From contig JADJEE010000012.1 in assembly GCA_016709225.1 (NCBI GenBank), positions 2,307,630 to 2,371,629 of the forward strand: DNA of 64,000 nt. The letters run 5' to 3'. Source of the stretch: Deltaproteobacteria bacterium. Lineage in GTDB: Bacteria; Myxococcota_A; Polyangia; Nannocystales; Nannocystaceae. Positions within the stretch are counted from its first letter, which is position 1; each line of letters starts with the position of its first letter. Below the pieces are notes generated by a model. That model worked only from the letters and a program-made list of their open reading frames with translations, was not told the origin of the DNA and made no database searches. Shown here one piece after another: positions 19,711-28,939 of the stretch. Made by a program: the position numbers and the translations under genes.

Positions 19711-20170
19711 CGAGGTTCGGATCATCGCAGGCACAGGGCGCCCGCGTGCACGCGAGCACGCAGGCCGCCTGGGCGTCCGTCATCTCGCTGCGTACGGGCG
19801 AGTCGCCGCCCGCCGGCGGGCTCCCATCGGGCTGCGAGGCGTTCTTCTGGTAGCCGGGCCAGTCGTACAGCGGCAGCTCCTCCTCGTGCTTCGGTCGCGC
19901 GTCGGGGTCGGCCACGCTCAGCTCGTACATCGGGCAGTGGGCCCACGACACGGTGACCAGCCCGACCGCGAGCGCGCCGAGCACCATCACGCGCAGCCAC
20001 TGCCGCACGAACGGGCCGAACTCGCGGCGCGGTCGCCAGGTGCCCTGGTCGGCCTCGGCCTCGAGCCGCGCGAGGAAGCGGCGGTGGGCCCCGTCGACGT
20101 CGCTCGAGTGTCGATCGAGCGCCGACTTGGCGCGGGAGATCAGCTCGGCTCGTGATTCATCGGCGTTCAC
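19673..20170 (-). CDS. Membrane-anchored anti-sigma factor (putative)
   Basis: Begins 4 nt after the sigma stop, with a GTG start. One TM helix (WLRVMVLGALAVGLVTVSW) is followed by a Cys-rich C-terminal domain. Confidence 0.55.
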   Translation of the reverse strand: MNADESRAELISRAKSALDRHSSDVDGAHRRFLARLEAEADQGTWRPRREFGPFVRQWLRVMVLGALAVGLVTVSWAHCPMYELSVADPDARPKHEEELPLYDWPGYQKNASQPDGSPPAGGDSPVRSEMTDAQAACVLACTRAPCACDDPNLAVGPDGSIQTAK

Positions 20171-20173
20171 GGC

Positions 20174-20731
20174 TCACACTCTTCCTTCTCGCGCGCGCAG
20201 CTTGGCGACCGCAGCATCGAAGCGATCGCGACCCAGGCGGAGACGCGAATACACGGTGTTGACGGAGATCTCGAGCAGCGTCGCGACCTCGGGTGCCGAC
20301 AACGCCTCGAACTCCATCAGCACGAAGACCTCGCGCAGCTTGCTCGACATCCCATCCATCGCCCGCAGCGCGAGCGCCAGGGCCTCGTTGTTGGCGACGT
20401 CACGCTCGGGATCGTCGGCGGCCGCCGGCAGGGCATCGACGAGCTCGGGCCGTCGCACGCGGCGGCGGTTGCGGGCGACGCCGCGGGCGATGCCATACAG
20501 CCACGCCCGCGCCGGCCGCGAGGGGTCGAAGTCGGCGCGGCGGCGGTGCGCGATCACGAACACCTCCTGCGTCACGTCGTCGGCGTCGATCGGCGGCACA
20601 CCGAGCCCGACCAGGGCCCGCAGCACGAACGGGTAGTGCTCGCGGAACGCCGAGGCGACGTCCAGCTCGCCGCTGCCGACCACGACGAGCGCCGCCGGGG
20701 CCGGCGCGGCCGGCGGGTCGTAGGCGCTCAT
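20174..20731 (-). CDS. ECF-type RNA polymerase sigma factor
   Basis: Region 2 (AFREHYPFVLRALVGLGVPPIDADDVTQEVFVIAHRR...RAWLYGIARG) and region 4 (REVFVLMEFEALSAPEVATLLEISVNTVYSRLRLGR) are present. The ATG at 20731 is in frame with track ORF 20174..21295. Confidence 0.8.
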   Translation of the reverse strand: MSAYDPPAAPAPAALVVVGSGELDVASAFREHYPFVLRALVGLGVPPIDADDVTQEVFVIAHRRRADFDPSRPARAWLYGIARGVARNRRRVRRPELVDALPAAADDPERDVANNEALALALRAMDGMSSKLREVFVLMEFEALSAPEVATLLEISVNTVYSRLRLGRDRFDAAVAKLRAREGRV

Positions 20732-20782
20732 CAGGCACGATTCTGCCACGACCTGGATTTGTCGCGGCCGCGCCCGATCCGT

Positions 20783-20826
20783 CAGTGGCGTCGGCAGTGG
20801 CGTCGGCAGTGGCGTCGGCAGTGGCC
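20783..20826. repeat. 12-nt tandem repeat (cagtggcgtcgg x ~3.5) in the ECF sigma promoter region
   Basis: gtcagtggcgtcggcagtggcgtcggcagtggcgtcggcagtggccc lies in the roughly 100-nt gap between the msrB stop and the sigma start. Confidence 0.6.
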
Positions 20827-20832
20827 CTGGTT

Positions 20833-21273
<441 letters not shown>

Positions 21274-21316
21274 CTTGCGGCGCCAAGCCTGACACGGCCC
21301 CGCGGGCGCGGCAAAG

Positions 21317-22180
21317 CTACGCGACGCGACGCGCGTAGACCTCGAACGAGGTGCCGAGTCCGACGCGGTCCATCCACGTCGCCGGCAAGGCCGCGGCGTG
21401 ACCGAGCACCTGCGAGAGCGCGACCGCAGGAGCCGAGCCACCCAGTGCGTGGCGTCGCAGCGCACGGGCCAGCGTCTGCGGCCCGAGGTTGGAGAAGCTG
21501 GTCCACCGCACCGGCTCGAGGCCGACCCGCCGCAGCAGCGTACGCAGCCCCTCGCGCGTGAAGAGGGCGAGGTGATCGGGCGGCGTGATCATCGGGAAGC
21601 GGCGACCCATCAGTCGCGCCGGCATGCCCGACATGCTCGGAGTCGACAGCGCAACGATGCCCGCAGGTTCGAGCCACTGCACCATCGTGCGCAGCGCCGC
21701 GTGAGGATCGGGGAGGTGCTCGATCACCTCCCACAGCGCGAGCGCCTGCCATGGTCGCGGCGGCTCGTATTGCTCGAGCCAGGTGGTGTGCACGACGTGC
21801 CCGCGCGCACGCGCAGCCGCGGCGGTGCGGGCCGGATCGACGCCCTCGATCTCGAGCCCGATGGCCTTGGCCGCGTCGAGGAAGTGACCGGGCCCGCAGC
21901 CGACCTCGATCACGCGATGGGCTCCGAGCTCGGCGACCACACGGGCGCGCGCGTCGGCCTCCGCCCGCATGCGCACGGCGGCGTCCTGCGCGGTCTCGTG
22001 GTAGTCGGGCTGCAGGTACGTCGCCTGCACGATGTCACGGGGGGGCAGCGGCGCGACGAAGAGCGTCCCGCAGTCGCGGCAACGCACGAGCGGGTGCCCG
22101 GCGACCTCGAAGGCCCACTGCGATCGTGCGCACGCGCAGGCCGGACACGGACGCAAACCCTCTGCCACGCGCGCGCTCAC
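21317..22180 (-). CDS. Class I SAM-dependent methyltransferase with an N-terminal zinc-ribbon
   Basis: Motif I VIEVGCGPGHF and post-I LGLEIEGVD are present. The N-terminal CPACAC...CRDCG ribbon is followed by the methyltransferase fold. GTG start. Confidence 0.75.
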   Translation of the reverse strand: MSARVAEGLRPCPACACARSQWAFEVAGHPLVRCRDCGTLFVAPLPPRDIVQATYLQPDYHETAQDAAVRMRAEADARARVVAELGAHRVIEVGCGPGHFLDAAKAIGLEIEGVDPARTAAAARARGHVVHTTWLEQYEPPRPWQALALWEVIEHLPDPHAALRTMVQWLEPAGIVALSTPSMSGMPARLMGRRFPMITPPDHLALFTREGLRTLLRRVGLEPVRWTSFSNLGPQTLARALRRHALGGSAPAVALSQVLGHAAALPATWMDRVGLGTSFEVYARRVA

Positions 22181-22231
22181 CGTCGACGGCGACGATAGCA
22201 GAGCGCGCGCGCGGCCGTCAGCTCGTGGATC

Positions 22232-22402
22232 TCAGCAGTCGCACGGGCACGGGCAATCGTCGCAGTCGCAGAGGTCGCCGCACGGGCAAGGGCTCGCTGC
22301 ATCGGCGCCGACGACGGGTGCCGTGGCGCCGGGTGCGACGGCGCAGCCGCAGCCGCAGCCCGCGAGGTTGGTGGTGGTGGGGGTGGTGTTGCTGTCGTTC
22401 AT
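22232..22402 (-). CDS. 56-aa Cys-rich peptide (13 Cys; metallothionein-like), not in the ORF track
   Basis: Translating the minus strand gives MNDSNTTPTTTNLAGCGCGCAVAPGATAPVVGADAASPCPCGDLCDCDDCPCPCDC* (ATG 22400-22402, TGA 22232-22234). It is in the same frame as, and 30 nt downstream of, the CorE-like sigma stop. GC3 is about 89% in this frame. The sequence was checked for consistency against two overlapping track ORFs. Confidence 0.45.
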   Translation of the reverse strand: MNDSNTTPTTTNLAGCGCGCAVAPGATAPVVGADAASPCPCGDLCDCDDCPCPCDC

Positions 22403-22432
22403 GTCCCTGCCGACGCGCGCACCGACCCGGCA

Positions 22433-23020
22433 TTACGACGGTGGCAGTGGATGATCGCAGCTGCAGTCGCCACAGCCACCATCGGCACAGCTGCCGCAGC
22501 ACTGCGCGAGCGCGCGGCGCAGGCGTTCGCGCGCACGGAACAGGCGCACGCCGGCCGCGTTCGGCGTGATGCCGACCTCGGCCGCGACGTCCTTCACCGC
22601 GGCGCCTTCGAGGTCGACGCGGCGCAGCACCGTGGCTTGATCGTGGGGCAGCGCATGCGCGAGCGTCAGCAGACAGCTGCAGATCTCGGCGCGCTCGTCG
22701 GGTGCTGGCTCGGGCGCGCGCTCGAGCGCCCGCGCCAGCTCGTCGAGCCTGCGCGCGAAGGTGTCGTCGCGCCGGCGGTGATCGATCACCGCGTTGCGCA
22801 GCATCCGGTAGAACCACGCCACCACCGACTCGTGATCCCGCAGCTGATCGATGCGCTCGAGCGAGCGCACGAACGCCGTCTGCAGGAGATCCTCGGCCAG
22901 CGCCGGGTCGTGCACGCGGCGCTGCACGAACCCGAGGAACGCGCGCCAGCTCGGCAGCAGCGCGTCGATCGGCGAGGACTCGGGTTGATCGTGCATCGTG
23001 GGGCGGATCTCGTGGTTCAT
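22433..23020 (-). CDS. ECF sigma factor with a C-terminal Cys-rich domain (CorE-like, ECF44-type)
   Basis: Region 2 (DLLQTAFVRSLERIDQLRDHESVVAWFYRMLRNAV) and region 4 (LEGAAVKDVAAEVGITPNAAGVRLFRARE) are followed by QCCGSCADGGCGDCSCDHP. A GGGAGG lies 5 nt upstream of the MNHEIRP ATG. Confidence 0.75.
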   Translation of the reverse strand: MNHEIRPTMHDQPESSPIDALLPSWRAFLGFVQRRVHDPALAEDLLQTAFVRSLERIDQLRDHESVVAWFYRMLRNAVIDHRRRDDTFARRLDELARALERAPEPAPDERAEICSCLLTLAHALPHDQATVLRRVDLEGAAVKDVAAEVGITPNAAGVRLFRARERLRRALAQCCGSCADGGCGDCSCDHPLPPS

Positions 23021-23123
23021 CGTAGCCTCCCAGGTCGGCGGTGCCAGCACCGCGCACGCGCGGCGTAGCGCGCCCGGTCGTACGCCGACGTGCGGCGCTG
23101 CGGCGTATTACCGCGCCGGGCGG

Positions 23124-24329
23124 TCACGCCGCGCGCGGTGACCAGCGCCACCACGCACCGAGCTGCACCGCCTCGGCCAGCGCCAGCGCCAGCGGCGACG
23201 CCACCGGCCCCCACAACAGCGCGCCGCCGCCCAGCGCCGCGGCGCGCAGCCCCAGGCCCACGAGGTCCCAGGACACGAGGCCGCCGGGGTCGCGTGCGAC
23301 GCGGAGCTGACGGCCGATGGTGTTGGCCAGTCGCAGCGCAGCGAAGGGGGCCGACGCGAGCACGAGCAGATCGATGCGGTCGGCGACCTGCCAGCCGGCC
23401 GCGCGATCGATGATCGCGGCGCTCGGCGGCCACGCCAGCACGCCGGCCATCGCGACCACGCCGACGCCGGCGACGACGCCCCCCAGCAGCGCCCAGCGAC
23501 GCAGGCTCGCGACCTCGGCGAGCCCCGCCACACCACCGACGCGCAGCGCGAGGATGGTCGCGCCCGCGGTCGGCACCGCGAGGATCGCGTTGACGAAGAA
23601 GTAGCCGTAGCTGAGCAACGCGAAGTCACCATCGCCTAGCACGTACAGGGACATCATCGAGTCGACCAGGCCGAGGTTCACGTAGACCAGCGTGTCGAGA
23701 TAGAGCGCGAAGCCAGGCGCACGCGCCTTCGGCATCGCGCTGCCCGGCGCATCGTCGCTGCCGCGTCGCAGCGCCGACGGCAGCAGCACCAGCGCGGCCA
23801 GCAACAGGCCGCCGGCGAGCCCACCGATCGCGCCGCGGGCCAACGAGCCGCCGCTGCCCGCGACCCACAGCGTGCCGACCACCGTGCCCAGCGGCGGCAG
23901 CCAGTCGACCATCACGCCCAGCCGCTCGTGACCGTGGCGCTCCGAGAGCGCCCGCACTGCGCCGCCGTACGCCGCGATCACGACGCACAGCGCGAACACC
24001 AGGCTCTCGATCGACCACCACGCCGGCCGCGGGATCACGATCGCGAGGCTCGCGGTCGCAGCAAAGGCGACCGCGCTGCAGCTGGCCAGGCCGGTGCGCG
24101 CCAGCGCGGCCCCCGAGGGCCCCGGCGGCAGCGGGATCCACCGCGCCCGCAGCAAGGCGAGCGTGAAGCTGCGGGTCGCGTTCACCACCACCACGCCGCG
24201 GAAGAACAGGTCGGCGCCCTCGGTGGCCTGCAGCTGCCGTGCAATCACCAGCTCGCGGACCATGCCGAGCAGCAGCGTCGCGGCCGACAGCGCGGCCATC
24301 CATGCGAAGGTCCGCCGCGCCGCGCTCAC
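23124..24329 (-). CDS. Polytopic membrane protein (MurJ / UPF0104 flippase-like)
   Basis: About 10 predicted TM helices, with the N-terminal pattern RRTFAWMAALSAATLLLGMVRELVIARQLQATEGADLFF. Only the C-terminal ~400 aa of the track ORF look coding. A GTG at 24329 or an ATG at 24299 are the candidate starts. Confidence 0.5.
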   Translation of the reverse strand: MSAARRTFAWMAALSAATLLLGMVRELVIARQLQATEGADLFFRGVVVVNATRSFTLALLRARWIPLPPGPSGAALARTGLASCSAVAFAATASLAIVIPRPAWWSIESLVFALCVVIAAYGGAVRALSERHGHERLGVMVDWLPPLGTVVGTLWVAGSGGSLARGAIGGLAGGLLLAALVLLPSALRRGSDDAPGSAMPKARAPGFALYLDTLVYVNLGLVDSMMSLYVLGDGDFALLSYGYFFVNAILAVPTAGATILALRVGGVAGLAEVASLRRWALLGGVVAGVGVVAMAGVLAWPPSAAIIDRAAGWQVADRIDLLVLASAPFAALRLANTIGRQLRVARDPGGLVSWDLVGLGLRAAALGGGALLWGPVASPLALALAEAVQLGAWWRWSPRAA

Positions 24330-24943
24330 GTGCCCCACTCGGCCGGCACGTCGGGCGACGACAGCTTGCCCTTGATGTGCAGCAGCGTCGCGGTCACGCG
24401 GGCGAAGGCTTCGCGCACCGGCGCCGCGATCGCCTCGCCGTCGACCAGCGACAACACCCGCAGCGCGGCCTCGAAGGTCGACATGCCGCGGGGGTCGTGC
24501 TGCGTGCGCACGGTCCAGAACGACGGCGGCCCCGGCGGCAACGCCACACACGGCAGCTCGCGCACGAGCGGTGCACGTCGCGACATCCGCGAGCACTGAT
24601 GCCAGGTGCCGTCGAGCAGCACGATGCCGCGGGGCCGGCTCGCGAGCTGGCCACCGCTTGGGGCAACGTCGAGCTCGGGTGCGCCTTCGCGGGGGAACAG
24701 CACCGACCAGTCGATGGCGTCGTCGGCGATGGGCCCGGGGTCGAACGCGGGCTCGCGCATGCCGTAGGGCACGATCGTGACGCCCTCGACCATGCGCTCG
24801 AAGAGTCGTGCGGTGTTGGTCGGCTTGGGCGCCTCGCGGGCGTGCTGCACGATCGCGAAGCGCACGCTCGAGCGCACCCGCGGGAACGTGGCGCACAGGC
24901 AGGTCTCGGGCGTCAGGCTGCACCCCCGGCAACGGGGCTTCAT
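24326..24943 (-). CDS. DTW-domain protein (second copy)
   Basis: CRGCSLTPETCLCATF and the VLLDGTWHQ motif are present. The 205-aa product is the C-terminal part of track ORF 24326..25552. Its stop overlaps the downstream membrane-protein start. Confidence 0.75.
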   Translation of the reverse strand: MKPRCRGCSLTPETCLCATFPRVRSSVRFAIVQHAREAPKPTNTARLFERMVEGVTIVPYGMREPAFDPGPIADDAIDWSVLFPREGAPELDVAPSGGQLASRPRGIVLLDGTWHQCSRMSRRAPLVRELPCVALPPGPPSFWTVRTQHDPRGMSTFEAALRVLSLVDGEAIAAPVREAFARVTATLLHIKGKLSSPDVPAEWGT

Positions 24944-25028
24944 GCGGCTGCGAGCGCTCACGGGGCCCGCACGATAGCACCGACCGCCGCCGACGGTCGC
25001 AGGGCGCCGACGTGACCGGCAGGCTGCT

Positions 25029-26465
25029 TCAGAGCGCGTAGATCTCGACGTCGTCGACCCAGACGCTCTCGATGCCGGCCCAGTTGTACAGATCGACCGC
25101 GAAGCTGCCGGTTGCGTCCTGCAGCTCGGGGGTCGTGTCGAGGATGTCGATGAACCAGTCGGTGGGCTCGGGGTCGGTCGCGAGCCACACCTTGCCGCGC
25201 AGCTGCGTGCCGCCCGGCAGCTGCAGGACTTGGTAGCGCATGCGGTACACCGTGCCCGGCTGCAGGCCGCCGGGGATCGGATCGAAGCTCGCCGACGACA
25301 GCGTCTCGATGCCCGCGACCTCGTGCCAGATGCCGAGCGACTGCAGATAGAAGCCCTCGAGGAACAGCGCGTAGCCCTGCCCGGGCGGATCGGTTTGGTC
25401 GAGCGAGCCGCCGTTCTGCCGCGCGTAGAGCCCGAAGCCCTGCGAGTTCCAGTCGGTGAACTCGATCGACGCGTACATCTCGGCGTCGCGCAGATCGAAG
25501 CCCGGCAGCACGATGCGTGCGGTCCCACCGGTGATGCCCGACAGCTCGCCACGACCGTTCTGGATCGTCGCCGACAGCACGTTGTCGCCGACGATCATCC
25601 ACGGCGACGGCCATGGATCGCCGTCGTTGCCGTCGAATGACTCGGTGAAGATCGGCAGCTCGCCCATCATGCCGCCGCTGGTGCCGCCGTCGCTCGAGCT
25701 GCCGCCGCCCTCGGTGAGCCCGACGGTGTCGATGCCTCCGCTCGTGGCCATGCCGCCGTCGCTGCCAGCGCTCGTGCCCGTGACGACGTCGCCGCTCGTG
25801 CCCGTGACGACATCGCCACTCGTGCCCGTGACGACGTCGCCGCTCGTGCCCGTGACGACATCGCCACTCGTGCCCGTGACGACGTCGCCACTCGTGCCCG
25901 TGACGACATCGCCACTCGTGCCCGTGACGACGTCGCCGCTCGTGCCCGTGACGACGTCGCCACTCGTGCCCGTGACGACGTCGCCACTCGTGCCCGTGAC
26001 GACGTCGCCACTCGTGCCCGTGACGACGTCGCCACTCGTGCCCGTCGCGACGTCGCCGCTCGTGCCCGTCGCGGTGCCGTCACCGCGGGAGGTCGTGTCG
26101 CTGCCCGAGCCGGCGCTGGTGTTGCCCTCGGTCGTGCCGCTGCCCTCGCCCCCGGTGCTGCTGCCCTCGCTGGCGCTGGTCGTGCTCGCGCCGTGGGTCT
26201 CGGACCCGGTGGTGTCCGCGGCCGTGGTGCCAGGCCCGGTGGTGCCAGGCCCGGTGGTGCCAGGCCCGGTGGTGCCAGGCCCGGTGGTCGAACCGGTGCC
26301 ACCCGAGCTGTCGACACTGCCGGTCGACGCGCTCGCGGAGCTCGCGTCACCACCGCTGCTCGAGCCGGTGATCGATGGATCCTCGGTGACGTCCCCCGTG
26401 CAGGCCCCAGTGACCCACAGGGACGCCACGGCGATCGCTCGATACCAAGGTGCGTTCATGACCAT
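25029..26465 (-). CDS. Lipoprotein with (TGTSGDVV)x13 and TTGPG repeats and a C-terminal globular domain
   Basis: Signal plus lipobox MVMNAPWYRAIAVASLWVTGAC, with a GGGAGG upstream. A long Ser/Thr/Gly linker contains perfect octapeptide repeats. The C-terminal ~220 aa are non-repetitive. Confidence 0.7.
   Translation of the reverse strand: MVMNAPWYRAIAVASLWVTGACTGDVTEDPSITGSSSGGDASSASASTGSVDSSGGTGSTTGPGTTGPGTTGPGTTGPGTTAADTTGSETHGASTTSASEGSSTGGEGSGTTEGNTSAGSGSDTTSRGDGTATGTSGDVATGTSGDVVTGTSGDVVTGTSGDVVTGTSGDVVTGTSGDVVTGTSGDVVTGTSGDVVTGTSGDVVTGTSGDVVTGTSGDVVTGTSGDVVTGTSAGSDGGMATSGGIDTVGLTEGGGSSSDGGTSGGMMGELPIFTESFDGNDGDPWPSPWMIVGDNVLSATIQNGRGELSGITGGTARIVLPGFDLRDAEMYASIEFTDWNSQGFGLYARQNGGSLDQTDPPGQGYALFLEGFYLQSLGIWHEVAGIETLSSASFDPIPGGLQPGTVYRMRYQVLQLPGGTQLRGKVWLATDPEPTDWFIDILDTTPELQDATGSFAVDLYNWAGIESVWVDDVEIYAL
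25771..26075. repeat. 24-nt tandem repeat, ~13 near-identical units (ctcgtgcccgtgacgacgtcgcc[g/a]), coding for TGTSGDVV
   Basis: Directly visible on the + strand. The repeat is in frame within the lipoprotein gene on the - strand. Confidence 0.85.
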
Positions 26466-26845
26466 GTCGCGATGCGCCTCCCTGCGCACGTCATTGCGGC
26501 CAGGGTATCACGGTCGGCAGGCCATTCGGCCACTCGGCACCGCCGCACCCGCAAGCGTTTGGATTGCACGTCGATGTCACCGCGCGGTGTCGCGCGGGTC
26601 CTGACGGGGCGACGCGAATGCCGACATGGCGGCGCGTCGATCGAAGTGGACAGGAGTTCCCCGATACGACGCGAGGCGGAGCTCCACATCGCCGTCGATC
26701 GCCGCGTCATCGCCCAGCGACCGCTCCGCCCGATCGAGTCGATCGAGTCGATCTTCGTCGACCTTGGTCGCATCATCCGAGCGCACGCTCGGAAGGTGCA
26801 TCGTGATACACCGAAGATGGGCGACAACGCTTCGCCGATGTCGAG

Positions 26846-28282
26846 ATGCCGACCTATCGCTTGATCGTCGAGGTCTCCCCGAACGCGATGCTGCTGGTCG
26901 ACCGCGACCGTCGCATCGAGATGGTCAACCGCAGCGCCGAGCAGCTGTTCGGCTACTCGCGCGCGGAGCTGCTGGGGCAGGCGGTCGAGATGCTGATCCC
27001 GGAGCACCTCCGCGACGCCCACGCGGCCCACGTCCACGGGTTCTACGGGGCGCCGCAGTCCCGCGCGATGGGAGCCGGGCGCGATCTGCATGGTCTGCGC
27101 AAGGACGGCACGCAGGTACCGATCGAGATCGGGCTCGACCCGATCGAGACCCCGGAAGGGCTGTTCATGTTGGCGTCGATCATCGACATCACCGAGCGCA
27201 AGCGGGCCGATCGGGCCTTCCGCGCGGTGGTCGAGGCCTCGCCCAGCGCCATGCTGATGGTCGATGCGAGCGGCACGATCCGCCTGGTCAATCGTGGCAT
27301 CGAGGAGCTGTTCGGCTACCCCCGCGAGGAGCTCATCGGTCGTGCGGTCGACGTGCTGCTGCCCGACGACGTTCGCGCGCGGCATCCCGAGCTCGTGGCG
27401 AGCTACTTCGCCACGCCGGAGTCGCGGCCCATGGGCGCAGGACGCGAGCTGTTCGGTCGTCGCAAGGACGGCAGCGTGGTCCCGATCGAGATCGGCCTGA
27501 GTCCGATCGACATCGAGGCCGGGCAGTTCACGCTCGCCGCGATCCACGACATCACCGAGCGCGCGCGTCGGGACCAGGAGCTGCGCAGGAGCAACGCCGA
27601 CCTCGAGCGCTTCGCGTACATCGCCTCGCATGACCTGCAAGAGCCTCTGCGCATGGTCGCCAACTACACCGAGCTGCTCGGCCAGCGCTACCGCGGGCAG
27701 CTCGACGACAGGGCCGACAAGTACATCCACTACGCCACCGACGGTGCCAAGCGGATGCAGCAGCTGATCCGCGATCTGCTCGCGTACTCGCGCGTGGGTG
27801 CCGAGGGGAAGCCGATGGTCGCCGTCGAGGTCGGCACCGTGATGGAGCGCGTGCGGCGGAGCCTGGGCCCGACGATCCTCGAGCACGAGGCGACGCTGAA
27901 GGTCGGGCCACTACCCACCGTGCGGGCGGACCCGAGCCAGCTCGAGCAGCTGCTGCAGAACCTCGTCGCCAACGCGATCAAGTTCCACGACGACGCACCC
28001 CCGGTGGTCGAGGTCAGCGCTGCGCTCGAGCGCGGCCGGTGGTGCTTCGCCGTGCGCGACAACGGCATCGGCATCGACGCCGAGTACGCCACCCGCATCT
28101 TCGAGATGTTCCAACGCCTGCACGAGCGCGGACGCTACGAGGGCAGTGGTATCGGGCTCGCGATCGCCAAGCGCATCGTCGAGCGACACGGCGGTGAGCT
28201 GTGGTTCACCTCGACGCCCGGGATCGGCACGACGTTCTTCTTCACCCTCCAACCCACGTCGGGATCGCCCTCATCGCCATGA
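26846..28282 (+). CDS. PAS-PAS sensor histidine kinase (cytoplasmic)
   Basis: Two PAS domains are followed by the HisKA H-box (FAYIASHDLQEPLRMV) and the HATPase_c N, G1 and G2 boxes (NLVANAIKF, DNGIGI, GSGIGLAIAKRIVERHGG). Confidence 0.9.
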   Translation: MPTYRLIVEVSPNAMLLVDRDRRIEMVNRSAEQLFGYSRAELLGQAVEMLIPEHLRDAHAAHVHGFYGAPQSRAMGAGRDLHGLRKDGTQVPIEIGLDPIETPEGLFMLASIIDITERKRADRAFRAVVEASPSAMLMVDASGTIRLVNRGIEELFGYPREELIGRAVDVLLPDDVRARHPELVASYFATPESRPMGAGRELFGRRKDGSVVPIEIGLSPIDIEAGQFTLAAIHDITERARRDQELRRSNADLERFAYIASHDLQEPLRMVANYTELLGQRYRGQLDDRADKYIHYATDGAKRMQQLIRDLLAYSRVGAEGKPMVAVEVGTVMERVRRSLGPTILEHEATLKVGPLPTVRADPSQLEQLLQNLVANAIKFHDDAPPVVEVSAALERGRWCFAVRDNGIGIDAEYATRIFEMFQRLHERGRYEGSGIGLAIAKRIVERHGGELWFTSTPGIGTTFFFTLQPTSGSPSSP

Positions 28283-28698
28283 AGCCAGCCCGCATTCTGC
28301 TCGTCGAGGACAACCCCGGCGATCTCGAGCTCACGATCGACGCGTTGGCCGACAGCGACCTCGTGCTCGACGTCTCGTCCGCCATCGACGGTGCAGACGC
28401 ACTCAACCTCCTTCGCCGACTCGTCGCCTCCGGCGAGGGCTTGCCCGATCTGGTCGTGCTCGATCTCAACCTCCCGAAGCTCGACGGGCGCGAGGTACTC
28501 GCGGCGATCCGTTCGACGCCCGAGCTGCGCACGCTGCCAGTGGTCGTGCTCTCCTCCTCGGACGCCGAACGTGATGTGCTCGAGAGCTACGCCGCCGGCG
28601 CCAACTGCTACGTCACCAAGCCGGTGGATCTCGCGGGCTTCCAGAGTGCTGTGCGTTCGATCGGCGGTTTCTGGTTGAGCGTCGTCCGACTACCGTGA
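28279..28698 (+). CDS. Single-domain response regulator (receiver)
   Basis: ILLVEDNPGD...VVLDLNLPKLDG...CYVTKP. The ATG overlaps the kinase stop (ATGA). Confidence 0.9.
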   Translation: MKPARILLVEDNPGDLELTIDALADSDLVLDVSSAIDGADALNLLRRLVASGEGLPDLVVLDLNLPKLDGREVLAAIRSTPELRTLPVVVLSSSDAERDVLESYAAGANCYVTKPVDLAGFQSAVRSIGGFWLSVVRLP

Positions 28699-28939
28699 TC
28701 CGCTTCAGGGAAATCCTGGTGGTCGCTCGCTCGGGGTCGCCCTGGCCGCGGTGAGCGTGCTGGTCGTCACCTACGTCGCGCGATCCGTGGCATCCTGAAG
28801 GCGCGCCGCTCGCGTTGCACGGTCGCGGATGAACAAACACTGCCCCGAAGGGATGCGGGGAGCGAAGCAACGAGGTCGACGAAGTTCGTCGGAGCAGGCG
28901 CCCACTTCGTCGTGCCCAGGTTCTGCGCACGAGGCCACG

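Noticed and set aside
25771-26075. Possible CRISPR array (regular 24-nt repeats)
   Set aside because: The repeats are contiguous with no spacers. They are in frame within a lipoprotein gene and encode the octapeptide TGTSGDVV. No cas genes are nearby.
26456-27886. 476-aa minus-strand ORF
   Set aside because: It is antisense to the PAS histidine kinase, which has unambiguous H/N/G boxes. The composition is low-complexity and Arg-rich.
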